From IMG/VR virus record IMGVR_UViG_3300010413_000016, positions 1-64,000 of that record: a stretch of DNA of 64,000 bases; one strand, given 5' to 3'. Under the pieces are notes generated by a model. It searched no databases and was not told the origin of the DNA. It was given only the letters and a program-made list of their open reading frames with translations. This document shows, in pieces, positions 20,783 through 30,202 of this stretch (the stretch's first letter is position 1; every line of letters begins with the position of its first letter). A program made the translations under genes and the position numbers. The stretch is from a virus.

Positions 20783-21373
20783 ATGGATATTGATATTGAT
20801 TTGCCAACAACGTTTGATCCAATCAATCACTTTAACAACATTGTAAATGCGTCGATGGTTAAAGATGGCGATTTAAAGAAACATCCTGTTGGCGTATATT
20901 TCCAAACAATGCCAACAGATGCAAAAACTGGTTTAGCAGCAATTCCTTATGACAAAGCAGAGGAATTAGGATTCTTTAAGATTGATTTTCTGCATTTATC
21001 GTTGTTGGATTATTTTGAAAGCAAAAATGAAATTCGGACATTAATTAAAGTTGAACCTGATTGGCTATTGTTACAAAGTGCATCTGTCGTTCAGCATTTG
21101 TTTCAAATTCATCGTCATTATGAAGTTGTAGCTCGTGTTAGGCCAACTTCTATACAAGAGTTAGCTGATTGCATAGCTCTAATAAGACCAGCCAAGCGCA
21201 GTCTTATGGAGGCATATTTGAAAGATCGTAAAAACACGAGACCTCATCTATATGCCAAACCAGCCGACGGCAAATATTACTTTAAGAAGGGACACGCAAT
21301 CGCATATGCCCTCAACATTGTATTGCAACTTCACTTAATTAAAAGTGGAATAATTGACATAGAACATAAATAA
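20783..21373 (+). CDS. dnaE: DNA polymerase III alpha (DnaE)-like, second catalytic fragment
   Basis: Begins MDIDID (catalytic DxD); KHPVGVY, FKIDFL, ALIRP and FKKGHAIAY (DnaE FNKSHAxAY). Confidence 0.8.
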   Translation: MDIDIDLPTTFDPINHFNNIVNASMVKDGDLKKHPVGVYFQTMPTDAKTGLAAIPYDKAEELGFFKIDFLHLSLLDYFESKNEIRTLIKVEPDWLLLQSASVVQHLFQIHRHYEVVARVRPTSIQELADCIALIRPAKRSLMEAYLKDRKNTRPHLYAKPADGKYYFKKGHAIAYALNIVLQLHLIKSGIIDIEHK

Positions 21374-21377
21374 TAGC

Positions 21378-21824
21378 ATGTCATCAATAATCGAAAAAGA
21401 GATTCTCACCACAGTGCATCTTTCTGATGCTCAACGTATAGTATTGACCAAAATATTATCATCCCCAACGCCCCAAGTTGCTTATGAATCAATTTCAGCT
21501 ACCCGTAATTTGGTTGCAGCAAGGAATTTGATGGCAAAATTGGGATTGATATTGGTGACAGATAATACAGCAGCTATAACTCAGCCAGGCCGTGAAGTTG
21601 CAAAGGATGAAGCTCTAATCGATGATACGGGGAAATTAACGGATGAGGGTGAACGTTATGCCCAAGCAGATCGCCTATCTGACTTGAAGCCTGAAACAGA
21701 TAATGAACCTACATCAACTGATGGCAACTTAGCAGCTCCACCAATGGAATCTACTAAGTTGATACAGGGAATAAACGCTGAGTTGAAATACTTAAGAGAA
21801 GTGATTAAAAAAGTCACACCTTAA
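21378..21824 (+). CDS. Hypothetical protein, wHTH-like
   Basis: LMAKLGLI...ITQPGR; late promoter upstream. Confidence 0.55.
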   Translation: MSSIIEKEILTTVHLSDAQRIVLTKILSSPTPQVAYESISATRNLVAARNLMAKLGLILVTDNTAAITQPGREVAKDEALIDDTGKLTDEGERYAQADRLSDLKPETDNEPTSTDGNLAAPPMESTKLIQGINAELKYLREVIKKVTP

Positions 21825-22266
21825 GTTTGTTGTATTTGATATCGACGCCAACAGGAACTGGTTTTCTCTTCCGACGTTTAACACTCTGAACACTGTCCAT
21901 TTCAAATCTTGGTAAAGGTCCAATGATTCGAGTTATGAATTCTGTGCTAAACGTCTTATAAATTGCAGACACGTCATTCGATAGTCCCAGACGAGAAAAC
22001 TCAAACGATAAAGGATATACAGATCGTTTTTCATCGAACCAGTTTAATGCAACACGAATGACCAACTCTTCGTCTACTTGTGTCGGACCACATAAATCAA
22101 GTACGTATGCTCGAACAGTTTTATCATTAGCATTATCAATGATTGCTAATATTGGATTTTCTCTATACTGTATTAGCGTGATAAACGGATATCCCGAATA
22201 ATCACTTGGATGTTCTTCTACAATTAGTGGAATCGGATTCCCACGAATTCTTTTCTTTTCTACCAT
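21814..22266 (-). CDS. Hypothetical phage protein
   Basis: Minus-strand ORF with GAGG RBS filling the gap between plus-strand genes. Confidence 0.65.
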   Translation of the reverse strand: MVEKKRIRGNPIPLIVEEHPSDYSGYPFITLIQYRENPILAIIDNANDKTVRAYVLDLCGPTQVDEELVIRVALNWFDEKRSVYPLSFEFSRLGLSNDVSAIYKTFSTEFITRIIGPLPRFEMDSVQSVKRRKRKPVPVGVDIKYNKLKV

Positions 22267-22367
22267 TATTACCTCATTTGTGGACGCCTACAGAGAATAT
22301 ATATCAATATGAAATTGCAAGACCAAAGTTTAGGTAACCATAAATACCTTATCACAGAGGAAACCCT

Positions 22368-23147
22368 ATGACAAAATTACGGTTCAAACACTATATCAAG
22401 CAGTTAGATGATAAAATGTTATCAAAAACACGAAAGCGACTAAACGCAAAATCTCCAAAAAAGCGAATGTTTGGGGAAATTGAGGAAGGTCAAGGTGAAC
22501 TCGACATATCCGAAGACACGCTCCAAGAGTTTTTGAGTGGGATCGTTCGTCATGGCGAAGAAGAACAAGAAACTACCACTACAGGAAACAAAATCGATCT
22601 CGCTCGACAGCTTTTCCAGACACTAATTAATAGACCTGACATGAACCGTCAGTCTATAATTCAGCACTTTGTTGATCGAGTTGGAGTGACACACTCAACT
22701 GCCGTGTCTTATTATGAAAGATTGGCAAAAGAAGCAGGTCTAACAAGAACGGACGACAAGGAAGATTTGGGACAGAGTATTGATATGACTGCTGGCACAA
22801 AAACTCCTCCTTCAACAGCACCCATTAAAGAATTGCCAGCTGATACCCACGCCGAACTGACTGATGAGATTGGTGAGCCAAGTAACGAAGAACGCACTGG
22901 TGTAATTCGTACAGTTAAGGATGCTCATCTGATATACAAAAAAAGATCAGAGGATGGCACATTTGAAGAGTTGTGGATATACAACGTAAGTGATAATATG
23001 CGAGACGAGTTAAAGATCCGCCGCGACATTCTAGCTGGCACAGACATACCTAAGCACAAAACGAAGTCTCCAGATGGTTCTCAATCGTATAGCATCAGTA
23101 CTGTTGGTAATGCTCAATACGTTCACATTAAGGGTCTTCCAAACTAG
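22368..23147 (+). CDS. Hypothetical protein with HTH-like domain also found in early genes
   Basis: ARQLFQTLI...RQSIIQHFVDRVGVTHSTAVSYY. Confidence 0.65.
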   Translation: MTKLRFKHYIKQLDDKMLSKTRKRLNAKSPKKRMFGEIEEGQGELDISEDTLQEFLSGIVRHGEEEQETTTTGNKIDLARQLFQTLINRPDMNRQSIIQHFVDRVGVTHSTAVSYYERLAKEAGLTRTDDKEDLGQSIDMTAGTKTPPSTAPIKELPADTHAELTDEIGEPSNEERTGVIRTVKDAHLIYKKRSEDGTFEELWIYNVSDNMRDELKIRRDILAGTDIPKHKTKSPDGSQSYSISTVGNAQYVHIKGLPN

Positions 23148-23197
23148 TTGACTTGACACACAAATTCCAGTATTATGACCACATAACGAGGTCAAAT

Positions 23198-23479
23198 ATG
23201 GAAAATAAAAATAAGAAAGATGTTAAGGGGCCGATATCAGTAACAGATGACATTACCCCAATAACACACCAACCAGTAAATCAAATCACCGCCAATGAAT
23301 GGAGCGCACTTTCTCTCACAGAACTGTGGGAACAGCGCGTTACGCTTGATAATAGGCTTAACTACGCTCTCCAACTTGGCCACTCCGAATTAATTAAGCA
23401 ACTACAACGAGGGCTATCACAGCTTGATGAAATCATCAAACAGCGCTCATCAACTTCTGACGACTCAGGATTAATATGA
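23198..23479 (+). CDS. Hypothetical protein
   Basis: ATG after GAGG; TTGACT-17-TATTAT upstream. Confidence 0.6.
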   Translation: MENKNKKDVKGPISVTDDITPITHQPVNQITANEWSALSLTELWEQRVTLDNRLNYALQLGHSELIKQLQRGLSQLDEIIKQRSSTSDDSGLI

Positions 23480-23673
23480 GCACTGTATCTGACGCTATAC
23501 GAGCCGAACTCATTGAAAAAATTGAACTGTCACGACAGTATAACACCAAGATTCAAGAAGCAAAGACTTCAACAAAGAAAAAATACTATTTGCAAAAACT
23601 CAAAGCGAATAATAACTTGGTCAGCGAAATGTTATTAACATTAGATAAAATTGGTAAGGGGAAGAAAGAATGA
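23476..23673 (+). CDS. Small hypothetical protein
   Basis: Translationally coupled ORF. Confidence 0.55.
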   Translation: MSTVSDAIRAELIEKIELSRQYNTKIQEAKTSTKKKYYLQKLKANNNLVSEMLLTLDKIGKGKKE

Positions 23674-24080
23674 CTGCCTCCTTTTTAACTAAAAGTGGTG
23701 AGCTCAAAAAGAGAGCTGTGGGTAACGATACCATATCAGATATGATCATTCTTGGAGCAAGCGAAGACGAAGAAGAATGGTCGCCGATTGAAGTAGTAAC
23801 ATTAAAACAACACGCAAGAGACCAAGCAACCACGATTGCTTGGAATGATCTATCAGTAACACCAACCACTGCTGATGCAAGAATAGACACAATTGCTAGG
23901 GCACAATTTCATACTCTTCAAGAATTTGTACAGGTACTCGACGACAAAATTCTTATTGGAGTAAATTGTGATACCGTAGACGACAACGCAATTGATAAGG
24001 CGATGTTGATGTTAATTGACGTTCCTGACTTTACAGCTGGAACATATTTGACTTTTGGTGATAAAATACAAGTACTATGA
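23670..24080 (+). CDS. Hypothetical protein
   Basis: Translationally coupled ORF. Confidence 0.6.
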   Translation: MTASFLTKSGELKKRAVGNDTISDMIILGASEDEEEWSPIEVVTLKQHARDQATTIAWNDLSVTPTTADARIDTIARAQFHTLQEFVQVLDDKILIGVNCDTVDDNAIDKAMLMLIDVPDFTAGTYLTFGDKIQVL

Positions 24081-24787
24081 ATATATTGCAACCTATTAAA
24101 GAAAACTTCTCAGATGAAATTGCGCTACTAACTACAATTCAAACAAAATTTCCATCTGCTATTATTGCAGGAGGTGCGGTCCGTGATTTATTATTGAACC
24201 GACCTCGAAAAGATATTGATATTTTTGTCCACGAGAGTGATGCTGAACAAAGTTTACTTAGCGCATCACTCTTACAAGATATGTTAAAAGATCACTTGCC
24301 AGATCAACTGCCGACTAGTGACTTAAATCCATTCATGCCAAAGTCTCAAAGCATGAATATGGCTACACAACGGAGAGCACCAATTTTTCGCAAATGCACT
24401 TCATTCACGGATGATGATATTGCCGCAAATAGCGTAATAGTGGATGTATTTGGTGGTACAACTTCAAGAAATGTGGACTTTGACATTATTGTAACCAGTT
24501 GTTCTCCAAAAACTTACGTGCAAGAGTATTTTGATATTGGTCTTTGTAAGGTATTTTTTGATGGCAAATCGTGGACTTGTCATAGCGATTTCGTGGATGA
24601 TTACAGAAACAATACGATAACGGTATGTGGAGCTCATATGGGTGCTCAGGAAATTACACGTAGTGTGACAGGTCATGCAAAACGCGTACAGGCAAAGTAT
24701 CCAAACCTTACAATTGCTCTCTCTCCACGCAACCAGAAAATTCTTGACAATGCTAAACCACCTACAGGTCTGATTAACCCATGCTAG
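24077..24787 (+). CDS. tRNA nucleotidyltransferase/poly(A) polymerase head-domain protein
   Basis: IIAGGAVRDLLL.RPRKDIDIF; FDIGLCK. Confidence 0.75.
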   Translation: MNILQPIKENFSDEIALLTTIQTKFPSAIIAGGAVRDLLLNRPRKDIDIFVHESDAEQSLLSASLLQDMLKDHLPDQLPTSDLNPFMPKSQSMNMATQRRAPIFRKCTSFTDDDIAANSVIVDVFGGTTSRNVDFDIIVTSCSPKTYVQEYFDIGLCKVFFDGKSWTCHSDFVDDYRNNTITVCGAHMGAQEITRSVTGHAKRVQAKYPNLTIALSPRNQKILDNAKPPTGLINPC

Positions 24788-25356
24788 TAGCAATATCAGG
24801 AAGTCAAGGAAGTGGAAAATCAACCATCCTTACGTGTATAAGTGAGATGGGATATAATACTGTAACAAGAAAAACTTCAAGATCAATTTTGGCAGATTGG
24901 GGAGTTTCGTTGCAGGAAGTGAATAACAATTCTGAATTAACGTTGCGGTTTCAAGAAGAAATAACAAAACGCAAATATAAAGATGAAGCGCAGTACGCTA
25001 AGTCCAATGAGTTGTGGTTCACAGAACGCACTCACGCAGACTTGATGACTTACGCACTTGTTTCGTTAGGAAAGGATAACGTTCATAGTGATTGGCTTAA
25101 CGAGTATTATGTTACGTGTATGAAGCACAACCAAGCGTATGACTTAGCATTTTACCTACGAGCCGGACACTTTACTCCAGTACATGATGGTGTGCGTGGG
25201 TCAAATCATCACTATAGTCGAATGGTAGACCTAACAATGCTTGACATGACACAACAAATGGTGCATAATAGTAAATTAACTGTCGTTGAAACGCCAGATC
25301 TGGAACAAAGAGTAAACATTATTACTCTTCAAGCAGAATCATTATTAAACAAATAA
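24781..25356 (+). CDS. P-loop nucleoside/nucleotide kinase-like (AAA_28-like)
   Basis: ISGSQGSGKST, TERTHAD, HDGVR. Confidence 0.7.
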   Translation: MLVAISGSQGSGKSTILTCISEMGYNTVTRKTSRSILADWGVSLQEVNNNSELTLRFQEEITKRKYKDEAQYAKSNELWFTERTHADLMTYALVSLGKDNVHSDWLNEYYVTCMKHNQAYDLAFYLRAGHFTPVHDGVRGSNHHYSRMVDLTMLDMTQQMVHNSKLTVVETPDLEQRVNIITLQAESLLNK

Positions 25357-25370
25357 CAAGAGGAAAAAAA

Positions 25371-26462
25371 ATGTCGGGACACTGCAACTGTGACAATTGC
25401 GAAAGTACTGCCGTAACTGAAACGGGGACTGAGCACCAAGCACCAACTGGTGAATACAACTATACCGATTACTCTGAAAAAATGACTGATCTCGTTTTTT
25501 CCTATGACAAAGATTTCTATCCATTGGATAGCGATCTTCCAGATCCACAAGTAGATCCTATTATTCCAGGAGCAAAGGTACCCCTACAGAAGGTAGGTAT
25601 TGCTCCAGTAGATCTACCCATTCGTGTAAAGCGTCGAGATGGGGACGATCAAATTCTCCAAGCTCAAGCGTCTTTGTATTGTTCTCTTGATGATGAGAAT
25701 GCTAAAGGATTAAACCTTAGTCGTCTTTACATTCTTATGCACAATACAATTAAGGACCACCTCACTGTAGATGGAATTAAATCAGCTCTACAGGAGATGG
25801 CTACAAAACAAGGTAGCAATAGCGCATTCTGCAAGCTGAGATTTAAGTATCCTTGGGTGCAAAAAGCGTTACGCACGCGTATGCCCTTAACACAAGAAGA
25901 TACCGACTCTGGAGCATTCATAACTCTTGATGATGGTAATAAGATCAGCCTTAGGAAGATGGAAGGTCATATTGCTTATAATGTAACTCTTGAGGGACGA
26001 TATCAACGCGACTCCGTTAAACCGTATACCTTCTATCTGACAGTTGAGTACGTATACAGTTCGACCTGTCCATGTAGTTTTGAGTTGGCACACAATGCCA
26101 AAGAAAAACGTGATGCAGCAGCCAACGCTCATAGCCAGCGTAGTATTATGAAAACTACTGTCGAATTTGATCCTAACAACGTTGTGTGGATCGAAGATCT
26201 GGTAGAACTGCACCGCGAAAAGATTCCAACGGAAGTTCAGGTCATTGTAAAGCGACGTGATGAACAAGCATTCGCTGAGTTGAATGGTTCCAATCTGCTA
26301 TTCTCTGAGGATGCTGTGAGACTGATGTTTGGTGCTTTGAATGAGTGGTACGATGATGGAAAGATCTATGACTTCTGTGTTGTCACTAGCCACGAAGAAA
26401 GTCTACATCCTTGGAACGCAATTGCAATGGCTTGGAAACATAGCGACATTACGCCCAAGTAA
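25371..26462 (+). CDS. folE2: GTP cyclohydrolase I type B
   Basis: QKVGI, KGLNLSRL, SSTCPCS, AHSQRS, KRRDEQ, EDAVR, EESLH. Confidence 0.9.
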   Translation: MSGHCNCDNCESTAVTETGTEHQAPTGEYNYTDYSEKMTDLVFSYDKDFYPLDSDLPDPQVDPIIPGAKVPLQKVGIAPVDLPIRVKRRDGDDQILQAQASLYCSLDDENAKGLNLSRLYILMHNTIKDHLTVDGIKSALQEMATKQGSNSAFCKLRFKYPWVQKALRTRMPLTQEDTDSGAFITLDDGNKISLRKMEGHIAYNVTLEGRYQRDSVKPYTFYLTVEYVYSSTCPCSFELAHNAKEKRDAAANAHSQRSIMKTTVEFDPNNVVWIEDLVELHREKIPTEVQVIVKRRDEQAFAELNGSNLLFSEDAVRLMFGALNEWYDDGKIYDFCVVTSHEESLHPWNAIAMAWKHSDITPK

Positions 26463-26500
26463 TACTTGGGCTCATATAACACAACAAAAAGGAAAGAAAA

Positions 26501-26695
26501 ATGGCTACAATAGAACAAAGAGTGCTGACAATCGGTCCCAATAATGGGGTGCGAGTTTATAAATCAATTCGTGCAACCAGTAGAGCCCTGAGTGGGACTG
26601 GGTCCGATGATATGCGATCTACCATTTCTCGTCGGTTGAGTGAAGGTGGTGGTTATATTGGTGATGTGTTCATTACATCTGCAACCAAATATTAA
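26501..26695 (+). CDS. Small NUMOD1/HTH-like protein
   Basis: YKSIRATSRAL...TISRRL; terminator follows. Confidence 0.5.
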   Translation: MATIEQRVLTIGPNNGVRVYKSIRATSRALSGTGSDDMRSTISRRLSEGGGYIGDVFITSATKY

Positions 26696-26703
26696 CACAA
26701 GAC

Positions 26704-26726
26704 AAAGGCCCTTCGGGGCCTTTTTT
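26704..26726 (+). terminator. Rho-independent terminator
   Basis: aaaggccc-ttcg-gggccttt plus T tract. Confidence 0.85.
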
Positions 26727-26745
26727 CATCGTCATATATACCTAT

Positions 26746-27012
26746 ATGATGAATACCAAAAAAGAAATATACTTTAGCATCGCTGAAAAAGAGATCATTA
26801 ATTGGATGGTGAATCAAGCTGGAACCACTCAAATTGAAGCTGTTGAGCATGTCATCTCACAAAAACGAGAACTTGCGTATATTCATGGCCAAAGAGGCAA
26901 TTTAGCACTTCAACGGCAACTCCTCAAAGAAATTAATGAGTGGGACGACCAGGCTGAACAAGACTATCAAAATATCGCTCAAAAAGAACAAAAAATATAC
27001 GTCCCAGGTTGA
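26746..27012 (+). CDS. Hypothetical protein
   Basis: ORF. Confidence 0.5.
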   Translation: MMNTKKEIYFSIAEKEIINWMVNQAGTTQIEAVEHVISQKRELAYIHGQRGNLALQRQLLKEINEWDDQAEQDYQNIAQKEQKIYVPG

Positions 27013-27037
27013 CTTTATTCGTGGGTTCGGGTATAGT
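27009..27037 (+). promoter_or_regulatory. sigma70-type promoter
   Basis: TTGACT-17 bp-TATAGT. Confidence 0.6.
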
Positions 27038-27079
27038 TAGTAAATACCTTAGCAAATTACTAACTTATTAGGAGGCAGT

Positions 27080-27469
27080 ATGTTTCACCCCATTGAAATC
27101 CCATTCGAATCAAAAATGTTGTTCAACGTCGTCAAGCTCAAAGAAGGCGTATCTATGGATGATGTAGAACTTGTCCTTGGCGAGATGTGTAACACAGTAA
27201 AGAACACATATGGCAATGACGCAGGTGGCTTTATCGCAGGTCAGGTTTTCAAATATGCTGGTTTTATTTCCGACGAAGGATCTGTCAATCAACCCAGCGA
27301 TGAAACCGAAAACCATATCGCGATCGTCACTTACTGGAAGTCCTTCGAACAGCATGAAGTATCTCATGCAGATGCTGTGTTCCTGGACAAGTTTTCGGCG
27401 CTGGCGGAACTGTGCGAAAATACGTACGAAATTGGGTATGACTTGTTGTGGCAAGGCGTCCCTGAATAA
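27080..27469 (+). CDS. Dimeric alpha-beta barrel (ABM-like) protein
   Basis: GFIAGQV...IVTYWKSFEQHEVSH; strong AGGAGG RBS. Confidence 0.55.
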   Translation: MFHPIEIPFESKMLFNVVKLKEGVSMDDVELVLGEMCNTVKNTYGNDAGGFIAGQVFKYAGFISDEGSVNQPSDETENHIAIVTYWKSFEQHEVSHADAVFLDKFSALAELCENTYEIGYDLLWQGVPE

Positions 27470-27508
27470 ATTACACTTTGGAGGCCCTGTGCCTCCAACC
27501 ATTTTAAT

Positions 27509-27733
27509 GTGAGGCAATTAGTGAAAACGTTAATTGGAACGGTTACAATCATAACAGTTGAAGATGAAAACTATATAGAAGATGTGTACAGAGATCTAAC
27601 AGAACTAAGACGTGAATTTATTCATCCTCATGGGGTACTATCTGAAATTAGTAAGCAAAAACAAAAAGATCTTGTTGATGAAGGTTACCATATCCAATCA
27701 GTTTGCATTGACCCAACGGAATTAATTTGGTAA
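27509..27733 (+). CDS. Hypothetical protein
   Basis: ORF; start uncertain. Confidence 0.5.
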   Translation: MRQLVKTLIGTVTIITVEDENYIEDVYRDLTELRREFIHPHGVLSEISKQKQKDLVDEGYHIQSVCIDPTELIW

Positions 27734-28113
27734 AATATTCTTCGAATAATCATTCGGAGAACAAGATGTGTGAAGTCATAGAAACTGGATTCAAAATCAG
27801 ACGTCGCAGTGACGGTCTCTTTTCAACTGGTGGCATGTATCCGAAGTTTAACACGAAAGGGAAACTTTGGCGACAGCGAAATTTTCTGACAAATCACCTC
27901 CATGTAGTATCATCCTTGAGCGTATACGACGATTGTGATGTTGTAATCGTTGAAGTGAGAGTACAAGATACTTCTCAGACTGTTGAAGAGTTCTGTGCGT
28001 CTGCCAGGCAGACCAAAAAAGATAAAGAACTCTCCGCAAAAAAGGCCATGGAGGACAAACGAAAAGAGGAACGGCGAGTCTTATACAAGACACTTCAAAA
28101 AGAATTTGGTTAA
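27727..28113 (+). CDS. Hypothetical protein
   Basis: FKIRRRSDGLFSTGG...GKLW; start uncertain. Confidence 0.55.
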   Translation: MVKYSSNNHSENKMCEVIETGFKIRRRSDGLFSTGGMYPKFNTKGKLWRQRNFLTNHLHVVSSLSVYDDCDVVIVEVRVQDTSQTVEEFCASARQTKKDKELSAKKAMEDKRKEERRVLYKTLQKEFG

Positions 28114-28192
28114 TTTGTAGTTGACCATTGACATCCAACTCCTATTGTTGTAGTATATGAATATAACTATAACAATAGGAGTTTTTCTTTTT

Positions 28193-28567
28193 ATGGTAAA
28201 AGAAGTATTCTGCACACTTCAAATAGAAGGTACACACAACTGGCCTTCCTGCCCCTTTGACGAAGTAGCTTATCTTCGTGATCCACACAGACACGTATTT
28301 CATATTAAAGCTCATAAACCCGTATTTCATGACGATCGTGACGTTGAGTTTATTATGCTCAAACACAAGATTCAAAAATTTTTGATTGGAAAATATTGGT
28401 CAGGCTACACACCTCGAGAAGAATTTTCAGGAACAGCTGTTTGTGAATTTGGTTCCATGTCTTGTGAGATGATAGCACAAGAACTTATCGAAGTATTTGA
28501 CCTTTCTCGTTGTGAAGTATCCGAAGATAATGAGAATGGCGCCATCGTAACGAACGTTACCGACTAG
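28193..28567 (+). CDS. dpdL: QueD-paralog T-fold protein, DpdL-like (putative CDG decarboxylase)
   Basis: LRDPHRHVF matches the LxxxHRHxF signature; SCEMIA; VSEDNENGA; TTGACA-17-TAGTAT promoter at 28128-28156. Confidence 0.7.
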   Translation: MVKEVFCTLQIEGTHNWPSCPFDEVAYLRDPHRHVFHIKAHKPVFHDDRDVEFIMLKHKIQKFLIGKYWSGYTPREEFSGTAVCEFGSMSCEMIAQELIEVFDLSRCEVSEDNENGAIVTNVTD

Positions 28568-28576
28568 GAAAAATAT

Positions 28577-29014
28577 ATGGCCAACGAATTGCTGCTCACA
28601 GGGAAACTGCTCGAGTGTAACGTGGTTCTTCCGACAGGAAGAATGTACTCCAAAAAAGAGATGGTAGACGTAATCCACCAATTCAAAGTCGAAATTAGCA
28701 ACGCGCCTAAATTTGGTACAATTTCCAACGATGCTAGCGCTGTGGTGGGCGTGCAAAACATATCTCATCGTATAGTTGATGTGTACATGGAAGGGAATAG
28801 TGTATACTGCACAATATCTGTCCTGGATACTCCCAAAGGCAATTTCGTGTCTTCTTTATTTGATGCCAACGTGCCAATGAAGTTGTTGCCAATGGTGTTC
28901 GGCAAAATAGAAGAGAAATCAGGAATACAAAAAGTCACACCAATGTCAATTGCAAGCATCAACGTATCGCAAACTGATGATGACAGTAACGAATTAATCA
29001 AATTAGAGAACTAG
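28577..29014 (+). CDS. Prohead protease (gp21)-fold protein, apparently degenerate
   Basis: GRMY...NISHRI...VLDTPKG; lacks GELxHP and GVSSRG. Confidence 0.6.
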   Translation: MANELLLTGKLLECNVVLPTGRMYSKKEMVDVIHQFKVEISNAPKFGTISNDASAVVGVQNISHRIVDVYMEGNSVYCTISVLDTPKGNFVSSLFDANVPMKLLPMVFGKIEEKSGIQKVTPMSIASINVSQTDDDSNELIKLEN

Positions 29015-29015
29015 T

Positions 29016-29888
29016 ATGACGTCTTACAAACCAACAATCCCAATGAATGAACCACAGTTTTGTTTTATTGCACCAATCGAATATCTAGATTTCGTACCAC
29101 AAGAATCTCGTGCGCACCTTGTGTTGGCACATCTTGTTGATTCCAGTGAAACCTACGCCAGCTTTTATAAGAAGCGTTCGGAGGATGGTGATTACATCAT
29201 GATGGACAACTCAGCGTATGAGTTAAAAGAACCATACAGTCCTGACAAACTACTGGAGTTGGCTAATAAGTGTGGAGCAGTTGCCATTGTTCTTCCTGAC
29301 TATCCATTCCAACCATGTGAAGTGACTATTGAGGCAGCCGAGAAATTCATTCCACAGTTCAAGGAAGAAGGTTACGATACGTTCTTTGTTCCCCAGTCAG
29401 AGAAAGGCAATTTGGATGATTGGCTAGAAGGATACAAGTACGCATCACAACATCCAGACATTGACATCATCGGCATGTCGATTCTTGGAATCCCAAATGC
29501 GATTCCCCATATTGATCCAGCTTTTAGTCGTGTAGTAATGACTCAAATGCTCAAAGATCGCAACATGCTATCAAACATTAAACGTCATCATTACTTGGGA
29601 CTGAATTCAGGACCAAAACTTGAGATCCCTTCACTGTTACGCATGGGAGTATTGGACACGATTGACTCGTCAGGACCAGTTTGGGCAGGAATTGTAGGTC
29701 ACCAATATACCAACGAAGCAGACAGTCTTCAGATGGTATCAAAGATTAAGTTGCCGGTGAACTTTGAATTGCCAGGCAGCAAAGATGAGATGACACACGA
29801 ACGTATTAAACACAACATCAAGATGACTCAAGAATTGTTTGATCCTGAATTTTGGAACAGGGGTTCGGTTTGGTACGCGGAAGAGTGA
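29016..29888 (+). CDS. dpdA: Guanine transglycosylase-fold protein (DpdA3-like)
   Basis: TGT-like motifs MDNSAYE, VLPDY, FVPQ, HHYLGL, DTIDSS; near dpdL-like gene. Confidence 0.65.
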   Translation: MTSYKPTIPMNEPQFCFIAPIEYLDFVPQESRAHLVLAHLVDSSETYASFYKKRSEDGDYIMMDNSAYELKEPYSPDKLLELANKCGAVAIVLPDYPFQPCEVTIEAAEKFIPQFKEEGYDTFFVPQSEKGNLDDWLEGYKYASQHPDIDIIGMSILGIPNAIPHIDPAFSRVVMTQMLKDRNMLSNIKRHHYLGLNSGPKLEIPSLLRMGVLDTIDSSGPVWAGIVGHQYTNEADSLQMVSKIKLPVNFELPGSKDEMTHERIKHNIKMTQELFDPEFWNRGSVWYAEE

Positions 29889-30187
29889 CTCTAGACTACA
29901 TGGATCTGGAAAATTTTCCAGATGAACTCAGAGGAGTATTGGTGGGGCCTAATATTCCACCAACGCCTCGTGAGTGTGCCGCTTTAACACCACATTGGAA
30001 AGATTGTATCAAGTTGGACGATAGAAAAATTTTCGTGTGGCTGGAAGGAATGTATACATCACAACTAGACAACGCTTGGTATCAGTGCGACGACAAAGAA
30101 GAAAAAGAAGAACTTCGGTTACAGATACTAGAAAAAAGACAAGAGTGGTTACAGTTCTGGCTGAAAAACATTTACCACGAACAATAA
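29852..30187 (+). CDS. Hypothetical protein
   Basis: ORF; likely GTG start at 29885. Confidence 0.5.
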   Translation: MEQGFGLVRGRVTLDYMDLENFPDELRGVLVGPNIPPTPRECAALTPHWKDCIKLDDRKIFVWLEGMYTSQLDNAWYQCDDKEEKEELRLQILEKRQEWLQFWLKNIYHEQ

Positions 30188-30202
30188 TAACAAAGGAAAA
30201 AA

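Noticed and set aside
5678-21373. Split intein or group I intron joining the DnaE halves
   Set aside because: No intein terminal motifs and no recognisable intron core at the junctions
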